Shown: piece after piece, positions 12,390 to 46,319 of the stretch
Numbering within the stretch: position 1 is the stretch's first letter
How the letters are laid out: each line of letters starts with the position of its first letter
NCBI RefSeq assembly: GCF_964204645.1
Contig: NC_134026.1
Span: 19,998,150-20,062,149 of the forward strand
Source of the DNA: Tubulanus polymorphus
Lineage: Eukaryota; Animalia; Nemertea
DNA length: 64,000 nt
Direction: 5' to 3'
Translations under genes and position numbers: made by a program
Notes under the pieces: model-generated
What the model saw: the letters and a program-made list of their open reading frames with translations, nothing else
The model's database searches: none
What the model was told of the DNA's origin: nothing

Positions 12390-13812
12390 GCCGCCATTTT
12401 GTTAAGGTACTTTTGTCCTGTATTGTTGGGTCATTTTTTTCTCTTTTTTAAAAACTATCTGTGATGCGTGTTGTATCATATTTCATCTGTCCCTGGATGG
12501 ATTTTGACGGTTTCAGCAACATTCAAACCGTGTGAATCTCTAGTTTTGAGTGATGTAAAAATCATTCTATTATTTTCAACAATGTGACATGGGAGCGATA
12601 TATAAATCGGGGGTCAGTTTTTGCCGTGCCCATAAAAATCCAGGGTAGGCCTACGCGGGTACTGAACTTTGAAGTTCGTTATTTTCAGAAATAAGTTTCC
12701 AAAAAATCCAAACATTTCAAGAACTGTGAGCATAAACGCCCCCTTTCTATGGCTAAATATATTGGTGGCTGTGACAATATCTTGGGCAGTGTAATAGACA
12801 AATGAAGAAAGTTGTCATGGCATAGGGTTTGTGTTGGTACAAGCTTCGGTGGTAGGCAAACCCTGGCAAGCAAGATGGGCTCCTGTAGAACGATCTGGAC
12901 CAGACAAAAGACGTACCGTACCCGGTATTCACCTGAGAGTAGCCAGTTGGCGGCGCTCTGTATACTAAGAGCTCGCGTGAATAGCGATACACCACTGACA
13001 CTAATGTCTCAGTGAAACATGGTATTGACGTACTGGTAATAGGCTAATTTTTTCTTTATTCATAGAACGAAGTACGAAGTAAGAATTCTCGAAATTTACA
13101 TACCGGTAGAATTAAGTGTCGCGGTAATGATTTGAGGAGATTGATTGAAGGATAAATTGATTTCATGCTGTTATGTAGGCTACCGGTACGTGTCCTCAAA
13201 TCATCATAGTCACTGGTACTGTAGTTAGTTACCTAATCGTTGGTGGTAAGCTTTTTATAATGGGATGGGCTTATTGTGAAAATATCCGATCCACAGGGAC
13301 CTGACAAAAATATGTACTATATATAAAAAGTCTTTTTATATATAGTACCTAGGATACTGGGGTCAAAATTTTTTTTTTGTCAGGTCCCTGTGATCCGATC
13401 GTGTAACTAAACCACAGACAAAGGTTACTGACCGTACCGGTACCGGTACCGGTAGGCCTACACTTTTTCCTCCGATATGTGAGTGACAAACTATATTCAA
13501 GCACAGGGGCCTGACACAAAAAAGTTTCTGACCCTGGTATCCAAGATACTATAATACAAAAACTTTTTGTGTCAAGCCCCTGTGACTGTGTATTCAAGAA
13601 AAACTACTTTAAGCAGTGTTACTGTACTCGTATGGAAGCCCTGAAACGACATTACGAATTACGTTTTACGTTTTACGAATTACGTACCTTTAAACTACAT
13701 TGCACTCGAGAACGCCATAGTTCTCCACTCCACGGCCTTGAGAGCAGTGCGCTCCCAGTTTGACAGCAACGCGGAAGTAAATATGGGGAAACCCAGCACA
13801 GCACTTCCTGGT
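12390..13812. promoter_or_regulatory. Divergent promoter region between the FN3K-family and FYB-like genes
   Basis: Genes point away from each other about 1.5 kb apart; YY1-type GCCGCCATTTT at 12390-12400; ETS-type GCGGAAGT (13771) and ACTTCCTG (13803) near the FYB-like first exon. Confidence 0.45.
13292..13392. mobile_element. Tiny palindromic element with CACAGGG termini and 8-bp TSD (P-element or hAT-like); relatives at 13502-13589 and 43818-43979
   Basis: ATCCGATC|CACAGGGACCTGAC...GTCAGGTCCCTGTG|ATCCGATC; the second copy is flanked by TATTCAAG on both sides. Confidence 0.75.
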
Positions 13813-13864
13813 TGCGTTCATAAGAATATTAGTTTAGGCAGTTAGAAGTGGATAACCTGAGGCC

Positions 13865-16800
13865 ATGGTAAGTCTACACCATTCAGACAATTCAATCTAA
13901 TTACCTATAGGCTCACTGCCTTATTTCATAAGTTCCGCTAAAACTGCCTCAAAAATAAATGTATGAGATAAATAAGGCTAAAATTTAAGGAAATCAAGAA
14001 TCTGGTACCTGTACGTGCATTAGGCATGGTAGGCCAATCGAGAATTTTTTTTTTAAATCAAATATCCATCAATAGATTTATTGACAAAAACTATTTTTCT
14101 GATAGGCTGATGATCAAAAAGATGATAATTTCGATTTCAAAGAACTGCAAAATCGCTTCAAGGCTCAGCAGTCCGGCAAAAGTGATGTTATCAAACCGTC
14201 AACTACCGGTACTACAAAACCAAAACCAGGTATCCGTACGGTATTTGAATTAGGCTAATGCCGATATTGAGAAATAAGATTTACCTACCCTGGTGACTCT
14301 TTTTGGTACGCTAACCCGCTGTTTGTTGCCATTTTGAAAAATCAGCAGTAGGCCTCTACTCCGTTTTATCTCGAAGGTTTTGTGAAAATGACTCCCTTAG
14401 AATTTACATGAAACATCTTAAAGCACAGTTTTTGTTGTTAAGTGAGTTCATGTTTAAAGTTCCTGCAACGATTCTTCCTTCAGGTCAGCGTAATTCTGAG
14501 ATAAGTTTGAAACTAACCGGCGGTATTGGTATCGAATACATAACCACAATTTGTATAAGTGGTCACTGATGAATTATAATATACTATTGGTTATCCAGAG
14601 CCGTCAAAGGAATTTTTCAGTGGCGAGGCTTATTTCTGAAGGGGGGGTCTGGGGGCCCTCCCCTAAAAAAATTTTGAAAATTTGATCGCCGGAGATGCGT
14701 TTTGGGGCCATTTCACGGTTTCATTCACAGAAGCATGAGAAGTCGTGAGCCAACCACCTAGTACAGAGAACGACGAGCTGCTACGGGGTGCAGCGTGCTT
14801 TTGAAAAAAGCATTGAAAAATTTTTAAGCAAAAAGTTGGGGCGTCTTTGGCCACCTCTGCCACTCCCGTTCCGACGACTCTGCTATCGACACAACTTTTT
14901 AGGGGTTCGAACAACCTAAATTTTGACTACCTGGAGTCTTTAAATCATGGGAACTCACAAACTTAGGCTAAGCCTATAAGACCTTCCAAAGCTGGATAGA
15001 ACTAGAATTCATCCACGCAGTTCAATACCGGTATATTTTAAGCCCCATTCCGCATAAAATGTGAATGAAATGGATATTGATAACAGTAACCATGTATTTG
15101 TATTTTTCAGCGATCAAACCGCCATTATGCATTAAACCAGGAATTGGCCAAAAACCGCTGTCACCGAAAGGGCCGTGTTTTCCAGAGATCAAATCGGGCG
15201 TTTTATCGAATATAAAAAACGATTTGAAAGTCGCTAAAATGCCGTCTTCAAATGCTGATTCGTCGCATCGCATCGCGCCTTCCCCGAACAGTCTGAAAAA
15301 ACTGAAACCGGTTTTACCAATCGAGAAAAAATCGCCGTTTTTCCATAAAGAAACCGGACCTCCGAAGTTCGCTTTGGGGAAGGTCGATTGTGACGCCGAA
15401 AACGACGACTTTCCTCCACCACCGCCGGAGCTTTCATTGATGGCTAGCGGTGGCAACGACGTCGATGATTTGCCATTGCCATCGCCGCCGAGCGACGAGA
15501 AACCAAAATCGTGGAATCGTATGAAGTTCACGGAACGAATTCAGAACATGGAACAACAAAAGGAGAATTTCGCGCAGAAACGCGCGGCCATCGAAGGAAA
15601 ATTTCACCACATGAACAGCGAACAAAAAACCGTTAACGGTAGTAGTGTTGATCGGAAAAATAGTCAGCAGGACAGTTCGGCTGTATCAAATAATTCCGTT
15701 GAGGAAGATGAGCTTATCATCACAGTGGATAAAATAATTTATAAAGTAATACGACTAGGGGATGAAGGGCCATGTCCGAGTGTGCCGAAACGTCCTTCCT
15801 GGGTGAAATTGCACATTGCCAGTAAGTTATTGGGTAATTTTACTTTCACTCAGGGGCAAATTCAGAAGGTCTAAAGACCCTGAAAATTTTGAGTACCAGT
15901 AATGTAAAGGCATTTCTTTTTCAATAATAAATAACCTATAAAAGAGGACAATTTCTGTAAAACATTATTTGCCCTGAATAATACTATATGACCTTCAGAC
16001 CTTGCCCCTGGATTCCTTGCTGCTGAATCATATTCAAACCTCATGACAACAAACTTCGGAGACTGGTTCAATAACGAGAAGGATGGCGTTCCACAGTTGT
16101 GAGTTAGAGTTAACTCTGAGTTAAAGTTAGTTCATTTTCGATGAGTTAACTCTGAGTCAAATCTTAAGTGACAACTGTGGAACTGGACCGCAGTTGATAT
16201 GTAATTTTTGGTTGCTTCATGCTTTCAATTCAAACTTAGCAACTAAATAAAGCTTAAGCTTTTTCATGAAACTGGATCCAGTGGCCATTTCCATAGTTCT
16301 GAGTTGAAATTTGACTTCAATGGCGTCGATGGGGTCAATGGCGTTGGAAGTGCGGTAAAAGCCGCGGCAATTATTTACTGGATGACGTTTTTTTTTTCTT
16401 TCTGTACTATGTTTCTGACGAAATTAAAGTAAATTCGCCGCGGCAATATTAGAACCTGTCAAAAATCGGCAATCAAAAATTGCTTTCAATGCATCTGGAG
16501 GTTGATTGAACTAACTCTAGGGTCATCTGGGGATAGACATGAACTAACCTGGACTACGGGAGCTCTTGCCAGGGTTACGACTAATAAAGTTCAAGCTGTA
16601 GTCGCCATTCAGCTATTCTTGCTTTTAGAAGAATTTTTTTCATCACAGATCCAAGAAATGTTTCCGAGCCGACCATCGAGGATGATATCTACGATGACGC
16701 GGAAACGATGGATATTGCGATGAACGCGGTTACAGCTTCTCATCATCAAACCCCGGCTGCGGTAGCGGAGGAAGAGGATATCTACGATGATGCGGAATCG

Positions 16801-19800
16801 AACTTAACTTTCTCACTTACTCACAATCCTTGCGAGAATGTCGAGGAGACGTATGATGATGCGGAAACACTTGGAGTAACAACTGGGTATGTGAATATAC
16901 AACAGCTAGGGTGTCCACTGCCCTGGAAAACGCTGGGAATCAGAAATATCTAGAAAAAACAGGGAAAACTCAGGGAATTTAAGAAAATTGCAAAAAAGAA
17001 ATGATTTGGATAAGCTATAACTGACCACGCATTCTTCATCAATACGCGATTGGTGAATAATGAATGAATTGTTACATTTCAAACCAAGAAATTTCTTCAT
17101 TCACCTGCAGATTCTCTCAGCGAATTTGTCATCACAGAAACTGGTCACCTAGTATGATTATTTTTAAATGAGAGGCGTAGTGGCCGAGTGGATTAAGCCG
17201 CCGGTCACTGGTCTCGTCAATCCAGGGTTTATGGGTTCAAACCCTGGTGGTGACAGAGTTTCTTGGTCGAAGGTTCAACTCTGGTCTCTCCTCCCCTGTT
17301 GGGATAAATAAAGAAACATCGAGCTCGCTGTAATGCCCTGCGTGGCGCTTAGCAGGTTGAGGGTGTTAAAAAAAAAGAATTATTTTTTAATCATTTGTGA
17401 ATGTTTGAAAAGGTTGAACTAAGGAAAACAGGTTGGATGTAGTATGAGGACGATTCCGCTGTCATTCAATGTGTACCAGTACGCACACATCAAGATTATT
17501 ACCCCTACAATTTTCCTTCAATTTTGAATTAAAGGCTATAGGCCTATGCATAATTGTCTTACTAACAATTTTGATAACAGACATAGTTCCAGATAATACG
17601 TTGTTGATATAGCCACTACACATTTGAAAAATTTTTTTATGTAAACACTTTGCGTCAATTGTATTGATACGTTATTGCTACCAATTTACTTTAGATTGGC
17701 ATCCCTGAATGACATTTTTTTCTTTGAATACCATGTTTTTGATGAAATTGAAGTAAATTCACCATAGCAATATATTAGAACCTCTCAGAAATTGGCAATC
17801 AAGAATTGCTTCCAACCACCTGACTTTACTGTAGGATACAAACCGATGATCTTCAACCCCAGAATAGAAAGCTCTAACAACTCCCCACACTGCTACACAG
17901 ATCGAGATCTATTGTTATATGCCGTAAAATAGAAGAAAATCTATTGTGAGTCTTTTTAGTGGAAAATGTTGAATTTTGACGACATTCAACCTATTACCGG
18001 TACAACTATGCATTCTTTACTTCCTTGTTGATTCAACTGAACACAATATTTGTGTACTGCATTTCAAATGAATATTAGTTCCGTGTTATGGCTGAACTGT
18101 ATGTTGCACAGGTAGCCATTTTTTATGTACTATTCACATGTAAAGGTGTTCAGAGGTTAAAGAGGGCCCATGTGCTAACAAGATATTAGAGCGCTCTATG
18201 GACGAAGCACTATTTGGGGGTCCTCCCCCACAAAAATGTTGAAAATTAGGTATGAGCGAAGACATTCTCAAGGCTTCTGGTAAATGTACAGTAACTGCAA
18301 ATTGTGTTTTTCAGTCAGGAATTGTTGAGGAGCCCTTCAAGTGATCATTAATTATGAAATATTTTTTTATCACAGAAATTTTAATAAATCTCAACCGGCT
18401 GCCAAAAGTACATCAGATATTGGAACCTTTGATGAAGTTTATGACGATATTGACACCCCAGCTGTGGCTGGTTTAGGAAGGTAATTAGTTGCTGTACCCG
18501 GCGGTATCTTTTAGCACTTTTGATTTCTCACTGCCATTATTTCAGTAGCTCAGGGCCACCTCTTCCATCCAGAACGCAAGATAACGAAAAAGAGAAGAGA
18601 CAGCAGGAGAAGAAAGAAAGAGAGGAACAAGAAAAGAAGATCAAAGAAGAAAAGAAAAAGAAAGAAAAAGAAGAAAAGGTGTGCATAGAATATACAAATA
18701 GAATACGATTATCTTGAACGTGTTCTACCATCTTTGAGATGGAATAACTTTTACATAAAGTAGGTATGTTTGAAATGGAAACATATTCACATATTCAAAT
18801 TTTCAGAAACTACTTGAGGATCGAAAGAAACAACAAAAAGAAGAGAGGAAACGAAAAAAACGTTTGAAGGTGAGTTTGCTGATCAGGAAGGTGTCGGTTA
18901 ACTTTGCATGAAGAATTCTTGGGTTCAGCTTTTAAAGGTTCTCCCACTGAGCATCATGGTCGGCCTACATGTACATGTACAATCTATACCAGTATAAATC
19001 TGATTCGATAAAAAACCAATTTCCATCTATTCGCAGGTTAAAGGTGATGAAACGATTTTGAACGTAGCTTGTATATTAGAGGATGACAATGGAGGTAAAC
19101 TGGATCTACCAGTGGCGGCTGGTGAGAAGATCTACATTATCAGACTTGATAACAATCCAGCCGGAAAGTTTCTAGTACAGAATGAAAAAGGACAATGTAA
19201 GAAAAGTTCAACATTTATTGAGCAACATGAACACGAAAATGTAAATTTCTGTCAGTACAATGTATTTTGGGGAAGCTGTAGTGGTATACCTTTGGCGTTC
19301 TCAATACACAGGAATTTTAAATGGGGCTGCATTCGTTTTCATTAGTTTATGACATCGTGGTTGCTGAAGTAGCAAGGCTTTCAATCCCCCAAAAATATAG
19401 AAACGTGAGCTTTATTTTGGTGTAATCTTCTATTTCTGGTAGGGGCTGCAAATGTTATATAAGGGGTGGCTGATTTTCAGTGTGGATATAAAAATGAGAG
19501 GCGTCGGTCCTCTAAAATCTGTTGTGGAGAACACTGACCTTATTTGAGGTACATGTACGTGTTAAGTATTGCAAACCGATATGTATATTCTACAATTAAC
19601 CCGATCATTTCCAGATGGTTATGTCTCAAATGAAAATGTTGATATAAATGAAGAGGATTTGAAAAGATCGGTAAGAGACTTTGAAAGCTAGAATTCATCA
19701 TTGATTTGATATTAGCGTAGTTTCATAAATAGTTTTGATGAACCGTAGTATTTTGTGGTATATGGGCTTTGAAGCTAAAATGTATTTTGTTTCTTTTACA

Positions 19801-20403
19801 GTCATTACCGAGTCCATACTCGAATACAAACTTTCATCCTGGCGTTGGTTTCAAAGGATCAAGTCAGTCATCGTCTAACAGGTAAGAAACGCCCCAGCAG
19901 GTGTAGGCCTACTTCTCCAAGGATGTCTGGCATTATGGGTGTGTATCCCTTTATCATTTCAGCAATTTTTTATCCATGTATAGGTATCAGATGAATTCCT
20001 AGAAATGCTGGGTCACTACCTGTTCAGGCAGTCGAGAAATCAGATTTTTTTAATGAAATGAAATTTGCACATAATAGTTGAAATCAGCAAATGCTGTTCT
20101 CTAGAGTCTCAATAAACACATACATGAAAAAGTATAGTGCATTGCTTTTGATATTCTGTAGTGCTGGTGATGAATATGATGATGTTGAAGTGATTGCAAG
20201 CAATATGGCAGATATAATTCCGGATGAAGGTAAGTAGTTCATTCATATAGTGTTGAAAATGAATAATTTATACAAAGGAAATTTTCCAAGAAGAGGTGCT
20301 CTAGCACCCAAAGCACCTTCTGAATCTGCGCCTGTAAATGGATTCAAACATATTTTGAGGTGTACAGTTCTATCTATTTTCAGATATATACGAGGAATTC
20401 TAA
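13865..20403 (+). CDS. FYN-binding protein (ADAP/FYB/PRAM1 family) adaptor with one helically extended SH3 domain
   Basis: Exons 13865-13867 (ATG only), 14106-14229, 15111-~15821, 16649-16886, 18376-18480, 18546-18678, 18807-18869, 19037-19196, 19615-19670, 19802-19881, 20162-20229, 20384-20403 splice in frame. N-terminal DFKELQNRFK (FYB-family-like), Pro/Lys-rich region, DFPPPPP motif, YDDA/YDDI/YDDV motifs, Lys/Glu coiled coil, then hSH3-like GGKLDLPVAAGEKIYIIRLDNNPAGKFLVQNEKGQYGYV. Confidence 0.78.
17171..17376 (+). mobile_element. tRNA-derived SINE
   Basis: Pol III A-box TGGCCGAGTGG, B-box GGTTCAAACC, unrelated body, A-tail, approximate flanking direct repeat attattttt(t)aa. Confidence 0.75.
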
Positions 20404-22914
20404 GAAGAACAAGCACTGGTATATTTTGCACATATTTACTGTTTTATGAATAATATTCATACTGAAATGTACTGACCAACATTTAGACAATGAGAAGCAT
20501 ACTTAAGTGTATATCGGCATACTAAATACATGTAATGTATAATAATGATTACGATAATCAAGATTTTTTTTACAAAAAGCATGTTATCATGACAGTTGAC
20601 ACTTCATAAGGATTTCTGATCTAGTTGAAGATATATGTTTTGATCTATCACTGGTGTATGTTACTCAGACTTTTGACTAGTGAAACTTGTTAAAGAAAGC
20701 AAAAAATTCTTTGATTCAACTGTTCCCGAAATTTTACTGTAAGATCTTCTAACAGTTTTAACTTCTGTGCCATAAACTGTGATACGTAACTGGGATATCA
20801 TTAGGATTTCTGTCCAATTGAAGAAATATTCTAACAACTTAATTTGTGGCATATGATTATGAATGATTATTTATATTCAGAAGTGCAACTACATGTATAG
20901 TTAAGAAGCCAAAATACATCTACTTTGATCGGACTGATTTAAAAAAATGTGTAACTGTATTACCGGTACCTAACATTCCTTTTGTACTTTCCTGTGAGGG
21001 AAACATGGAGGAATATTTTACTCTGTGATATATTACTGGATTAATCTATAATATGTAGATACATTATTGTAATTCAAGTGATGTGTAAATGGTTGTGGAA
21101 TTATGTCTCTTTTTATAGCAAACCCCAGATATAGTAATTTATCGATATGATATTTTTATCCGTATGAGAAAATGTGATAATAATGGCTCTAGTGAACAAC
21201 CAGTATCTTTATAAGCAACGGATGTTTTGGGGACAGTTTGATACAGCGACTTTATCAACATTTGCCCCAACATTTTTGTACAACAGATCCCTGTTTCATC
21301 AAGAGATTGCAAAGCCCAATAGTTGTCCAATATTAGTACATATGATTTGCAAGGTGCTATATTTTTCAACGCGTGCTGATGATTAATCATGTTAAGTTTT
21401 TATTCTCGAATTGTATATTTTTGACAGATTTACGATATTCAAAAGATGGTGAAATAAACCAGACATATCTTTAGTTACCCAGTATATTCAATGATCTTCT
21501 CTTTCGTTCGACCGACTAGTTGTGTGGGCATTTTATCCTCATTCCTTCATTGTCCCTTGAAACCATTGTCACATCTGTCACTTCCCTGCCTGATCTTAAT
21601 TTACAATCCAAATTACTCCGCTCAACCGAATGGATGGAGAATGGATGAGAACAGTGTCTCACGGAAGCCCGAGAACCAAAAACTTGAAGGAACAATTGGG
21701 TATATTTGGTAGATATTGAGACTATCATATTTACGTCATTAAATTACATGTAAGACACAATATCGTATCACATAATACAAATATCTCGATAATAATGATA
21801 TGATAGTTTAGCGATGAATGTACACAAAAATATTTTACTAGAAGGTAAATGATGCCGATGAATGAAGAATAATACGATTGGAAAAACTAGGGCAACGTAA
21901 ACAACACAACTCATCGTTTAAGGAAGTTTCCGTCAAAAGCTTCAACCTAGAGCCGATCTCTTTGTTGTTGCACAATAAAGAAGTTTGCCATTAGCGAGAA
22001 AACTGTGCCTCGCACTAGCAGTTGTATTTTACAGTTGTTGCTATAACATACAAATCGGAAGTCAATTTGGATGCAAGAATTATACATACAGTAAGCCCCA
22101 TGAGAGGACCCATGTCAGAGCACCATGACAAGCCTGCGTCCTCTAACAGGCTACTGCGGTTCAATTTGTGTGCAATTATGTCAAATTCGACCGCAACTTA
22201 TAATTAAAGAAATAGGTCTGCACTCGAAGATGAATTCATTTTTGGAAATTTATGAAATCAATACAAAAGTAGAATAGATGTTATACATAACACATATTTC
22301 AGATTGATGACACAAGTGTTATAAGTGAATCATATACAATACATTTAATACCTATAAAATCTATACAACATTTCAGAACCACCTGGTCACATATCACCGT
22401 TACGCACTCGTATTAAGAACGACATCGTCAGTAACTCGCGCGTTTCATTTCTCGCAAAATCCGACACTATGCGAGAAATACCATAGAGGTATGATAGAAT
22501 ATTCCACGATATCACAATGCCACGCTAAACAACAGATCGACTCTTATTGGTTTTTTGTGTGTGTAGCAACCGAGGCATCGGACATTCTAAGATTTCTTAT
22601 CGGCATTCTTCCAATTTTTTTACCATCTATGCTTCACAATGGGTAGACATTTTTACGGCGATTAACAAATGCACAATGAATGCGGAACAGTAAATATTTC
22701 GCCACACCCGGTGAAAAACTGAATATATCGTGAGCAATGGTCGCAGATTGATATCTGTGTTACCGGTTACTCGACAGATATAGAGGTAATGAACGTAACG
22801 TTTTTCACGAATGGCTGACACGCAGTTCAGCAACGACGAAACACATCTAAATACAATGCACACACCCGCAACAAATGCAAATCCTGTCCGTTTTTACGCG
22901 TCGAGCTTTTATTC

Positions 22915-43697
<20,783 letters not shown>

Positions 43698-44271
43698 TGT
43701 GTCAGTTGATTCTGATATAAACGCTCGACGCCTTTGTGTGTCTTCTCTGAAGGAAAATAAATACAGGGCGTTAGGTATTAATGTCATTGGCCTATCATAC
43801 AGAAAGTTCATGATCAATCACAGGGACATGTCACAAATTAAAGTGAATGAATAAAAACCAGTATCAACGAGTAACCCTGATTTGTTGCCACCCTTGTTTT
43901 TTCATTATACAGGGATATTGGGGTTGATCATTAATACTGGTTTTATTCATTCACTATTGATTGTGACTAGTCCCTGTGATATCAAAATTAATGCAGCAAT
44001 AATTTGTTAAAAGTCATCATGCCGCACTCTGCATATAAAAACCATTAAGCCATTCTAATTAGGTTCAAGGTTAATATAAAATATTCAAAGAAATTCAAAA
44101 TCAGGTCAGGGTTCCAGGAAGCAGTGTGTGTGTAGGTAGGCAATCACCGGACGAACGCGAAGACATCTTTTTTGCTCGGGGCTAGGCTACAATTAGAAAT
44201 GGTCTTATATAACTGTCGATCCAGTCTTTTAGGTGGTGTATCACTTAGTCTACTAGTTAGAGTGAAGTTAC

Positions 44272-44620
44272 CTGGAAATGAAATTCCGACCGGCCAGATT
44301 ATGAGCTCCCGTCGGAAAATAACGGTTTATGTCGGTAAATAATGCGATTTCTGTCGAGACAAAAGAAAGTCGCCGGCATTGCTACAAACTTTTCAATAAC
44401 ATCTTAAACACAAAACACTAAATAATAACATTCGTATGAAAGATCCGCCTTTGATTAACAAAATAAGCTTCACGGGTTTACCGTAGACATATTTTAAGGC
44501 ACATTTAAGAGTTAAAACTTACATATATTTCACGATCGTCGAACAACAGAAGCGTGACGTCACTGTCTGGGAGTTTACCAATACAGATAAATTCAAATGA
44601 AAAGGCTTTGTTCACCAAAA
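44272..44620 (-). promoter_or_regulatory. Putative SMARCA2/4 5' non-coding exons and proximal promoter
   Basis: Minus-strand donors GTAAGT at 44522 and GTAACT at 44271, acceptor TTTGTAG ending at 44382, CpG-richer than introns, CRE palindrome TGACGTCA at about 44555. TSS position is inferred. Confidence 0.5.
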
Positions 44621-44724
44621 TATACAGCACAGCAGCGCGTCGTACGAACGAACGTTTTTTTTTACAATTTATACCCACTCGTTATTTTAATGCAAGTTAA
44701 CTTATAGTTTTAAGCGGTTTCATC

Positions 44725-46178
44725 TGTAGCCGGTACGCGTCCGCGATTTAGTGTCATCCTCTGGTAGCGACCGATAGGTGTCGTGATCTTCAGGTCTCCT
44801 CAATAAGCGTGGCTACAGGGTCCGCCTTGGTCCTGTAGTCCCGGGGAGTGGAACTACAAAGGGGAAATCCTCAGAAAGTTTCCGCCGAAGGGATGGACAG
44901 CTTCAGAGACAAAAAGTTTATAGTTCGTAAAAAAGGAATAGGAGAGAAGGAAGCGAGTGTCAGAGGTAAGTCTTAGCTATTGACCCAATTACACGGACCA
45001 GACAGGACAGGTGTCCGCCATGAGGTCTATCGAGTCAGGGCCCTTGACTCGATGTCGGAACCTCACAGTCACCCGAGCTCCGGCGCATCTTTTCCTCAGG
45101 TCCTCGAGGTGTAACATCATATCGAGTGCCTCCCTGCACGATCTCCTCGTCCTGGCGTAGTATCTTGCCCCCATCTATGTGTCTAAAGACACCCCGACAC
45201 TCGCCACTTCATTAAGAATAAGATTTATAAACCTGGCCTCAAGAAAGTGGATCCTACTTCGTCCAGAAGCCACCCCCCACGACAGTGATAAGTCTTGTAT
45301 TGAATAATATAGAAAATTATTATTTCAGAAACGGATAACTACTGTATAATTTATATACATATTTACATATTGCACGTGAAGTTTTTATCACAATAATTGA
45401 ATTGTACACCTCATTCAAATAAAAAAAAAGGTTAAATAAATTGTTTCAAAATAAATCATAATCTATCTTAGTTATAAATTATTTATAATCTATAAAAGGG
45501 CTAGTGCAAGGATCTCTCCTTCCTTGCAAAAATCCACGATTAATGACTCAATGGTCGCTAAATTTAGGCCCACGAAGACCCAAAATAATGCTCATGCCAT
45601 GGCATAAAAGTAAAAAGGTAAAAGGAAAAAGCCGCCAGGTTGACTATTCCCGATGGATTAAAAATAGGTACATATCGTCGAGTTGACTAACGTCAGAGCC
45701 CGGCCTGACCTGGGTTGCCCCAGGCCAGGAGAGCGCGTGTTATTGTTTACCTCAAATCAATGTGGGTCGAGACGAGAGTGACGTTTGCGCGCGCTGACCC
45801 ATTTTTATAGATTCCGCGCAGTGTGACGTCACCGTGCATGGAGGATGACGTCACACAGCACAAAAACATGGCCGCCGAGCAAAAGCTCCGAGTTTAAAAG
45901 TTTAGACGACTGTACAAATAGTAAATCGGGATCTTACATAGTAGAATAAGGTGAGAGCGAAAAGTGATCAACCTAAAGTTTTGATTATTAAAAGCTGAAA
46001 TTAATTATACTACTATATGCAGAGAAAATGAGGTGCACAGAATGTGAAATGAAAGGGGCGAGCTAATTATCGCCCAAAAACATTCCATTTAAAAAAAATG
46101 AGGAGGGCTCCGTAGCGGAAAAACAAACTATACATTAACGACAACATTTTAAACTATTTAACAGGAATTTCCGCTACA
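44725..46178 (-). repeat. 3' LTR
   Basis: Direct repeat of 52303-53756; preceded on the minus strand by G-rich PPT GGGCTGGTGGGGGGCTG (46195-46179). Confidence 0.96.
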
Positions 46179-46319
46179 CAGCCCCCCACCAGCCCTGAAT
46201 GCCCCATTCAGAACAGGCGACCAAACTACATATAAAAAAAAGGAAAATACATTATCACATAAAATACGTTACATCAACAATATTACATTAACAGTCAGCA
46301 GGACTTCTACGATCACGAA

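Noticed and set aside
12820-12870. Telomerase RNA template (AAACCCT motifs)
   Set aside because: Not a CTAACCCTAA-type template and wrongly placed relative to the putative pseudoknot; kept only as a generic structured-RNA candidate.
17171-17260. Functional tRNA gene
   Set aside because: A and B boxes present but no clean acceptor or anticodon stems, and it continues into a SINE body with an A-tail.
44770-44910. Hammerhead (retrozyme-like) motif in the LTR (CTGAAGA / CTGAAGC...GAAA on minus)
   Set aside because: No helix II closed by GAAA with a correct core.
46195-46223. Second PBS-like TGGTCGCC next to the 3' LTR
   Set aside because: No tRNA 3' end recognised; the position is that of the PPT, with a small hairpin CTGAATG/CATTCAG.
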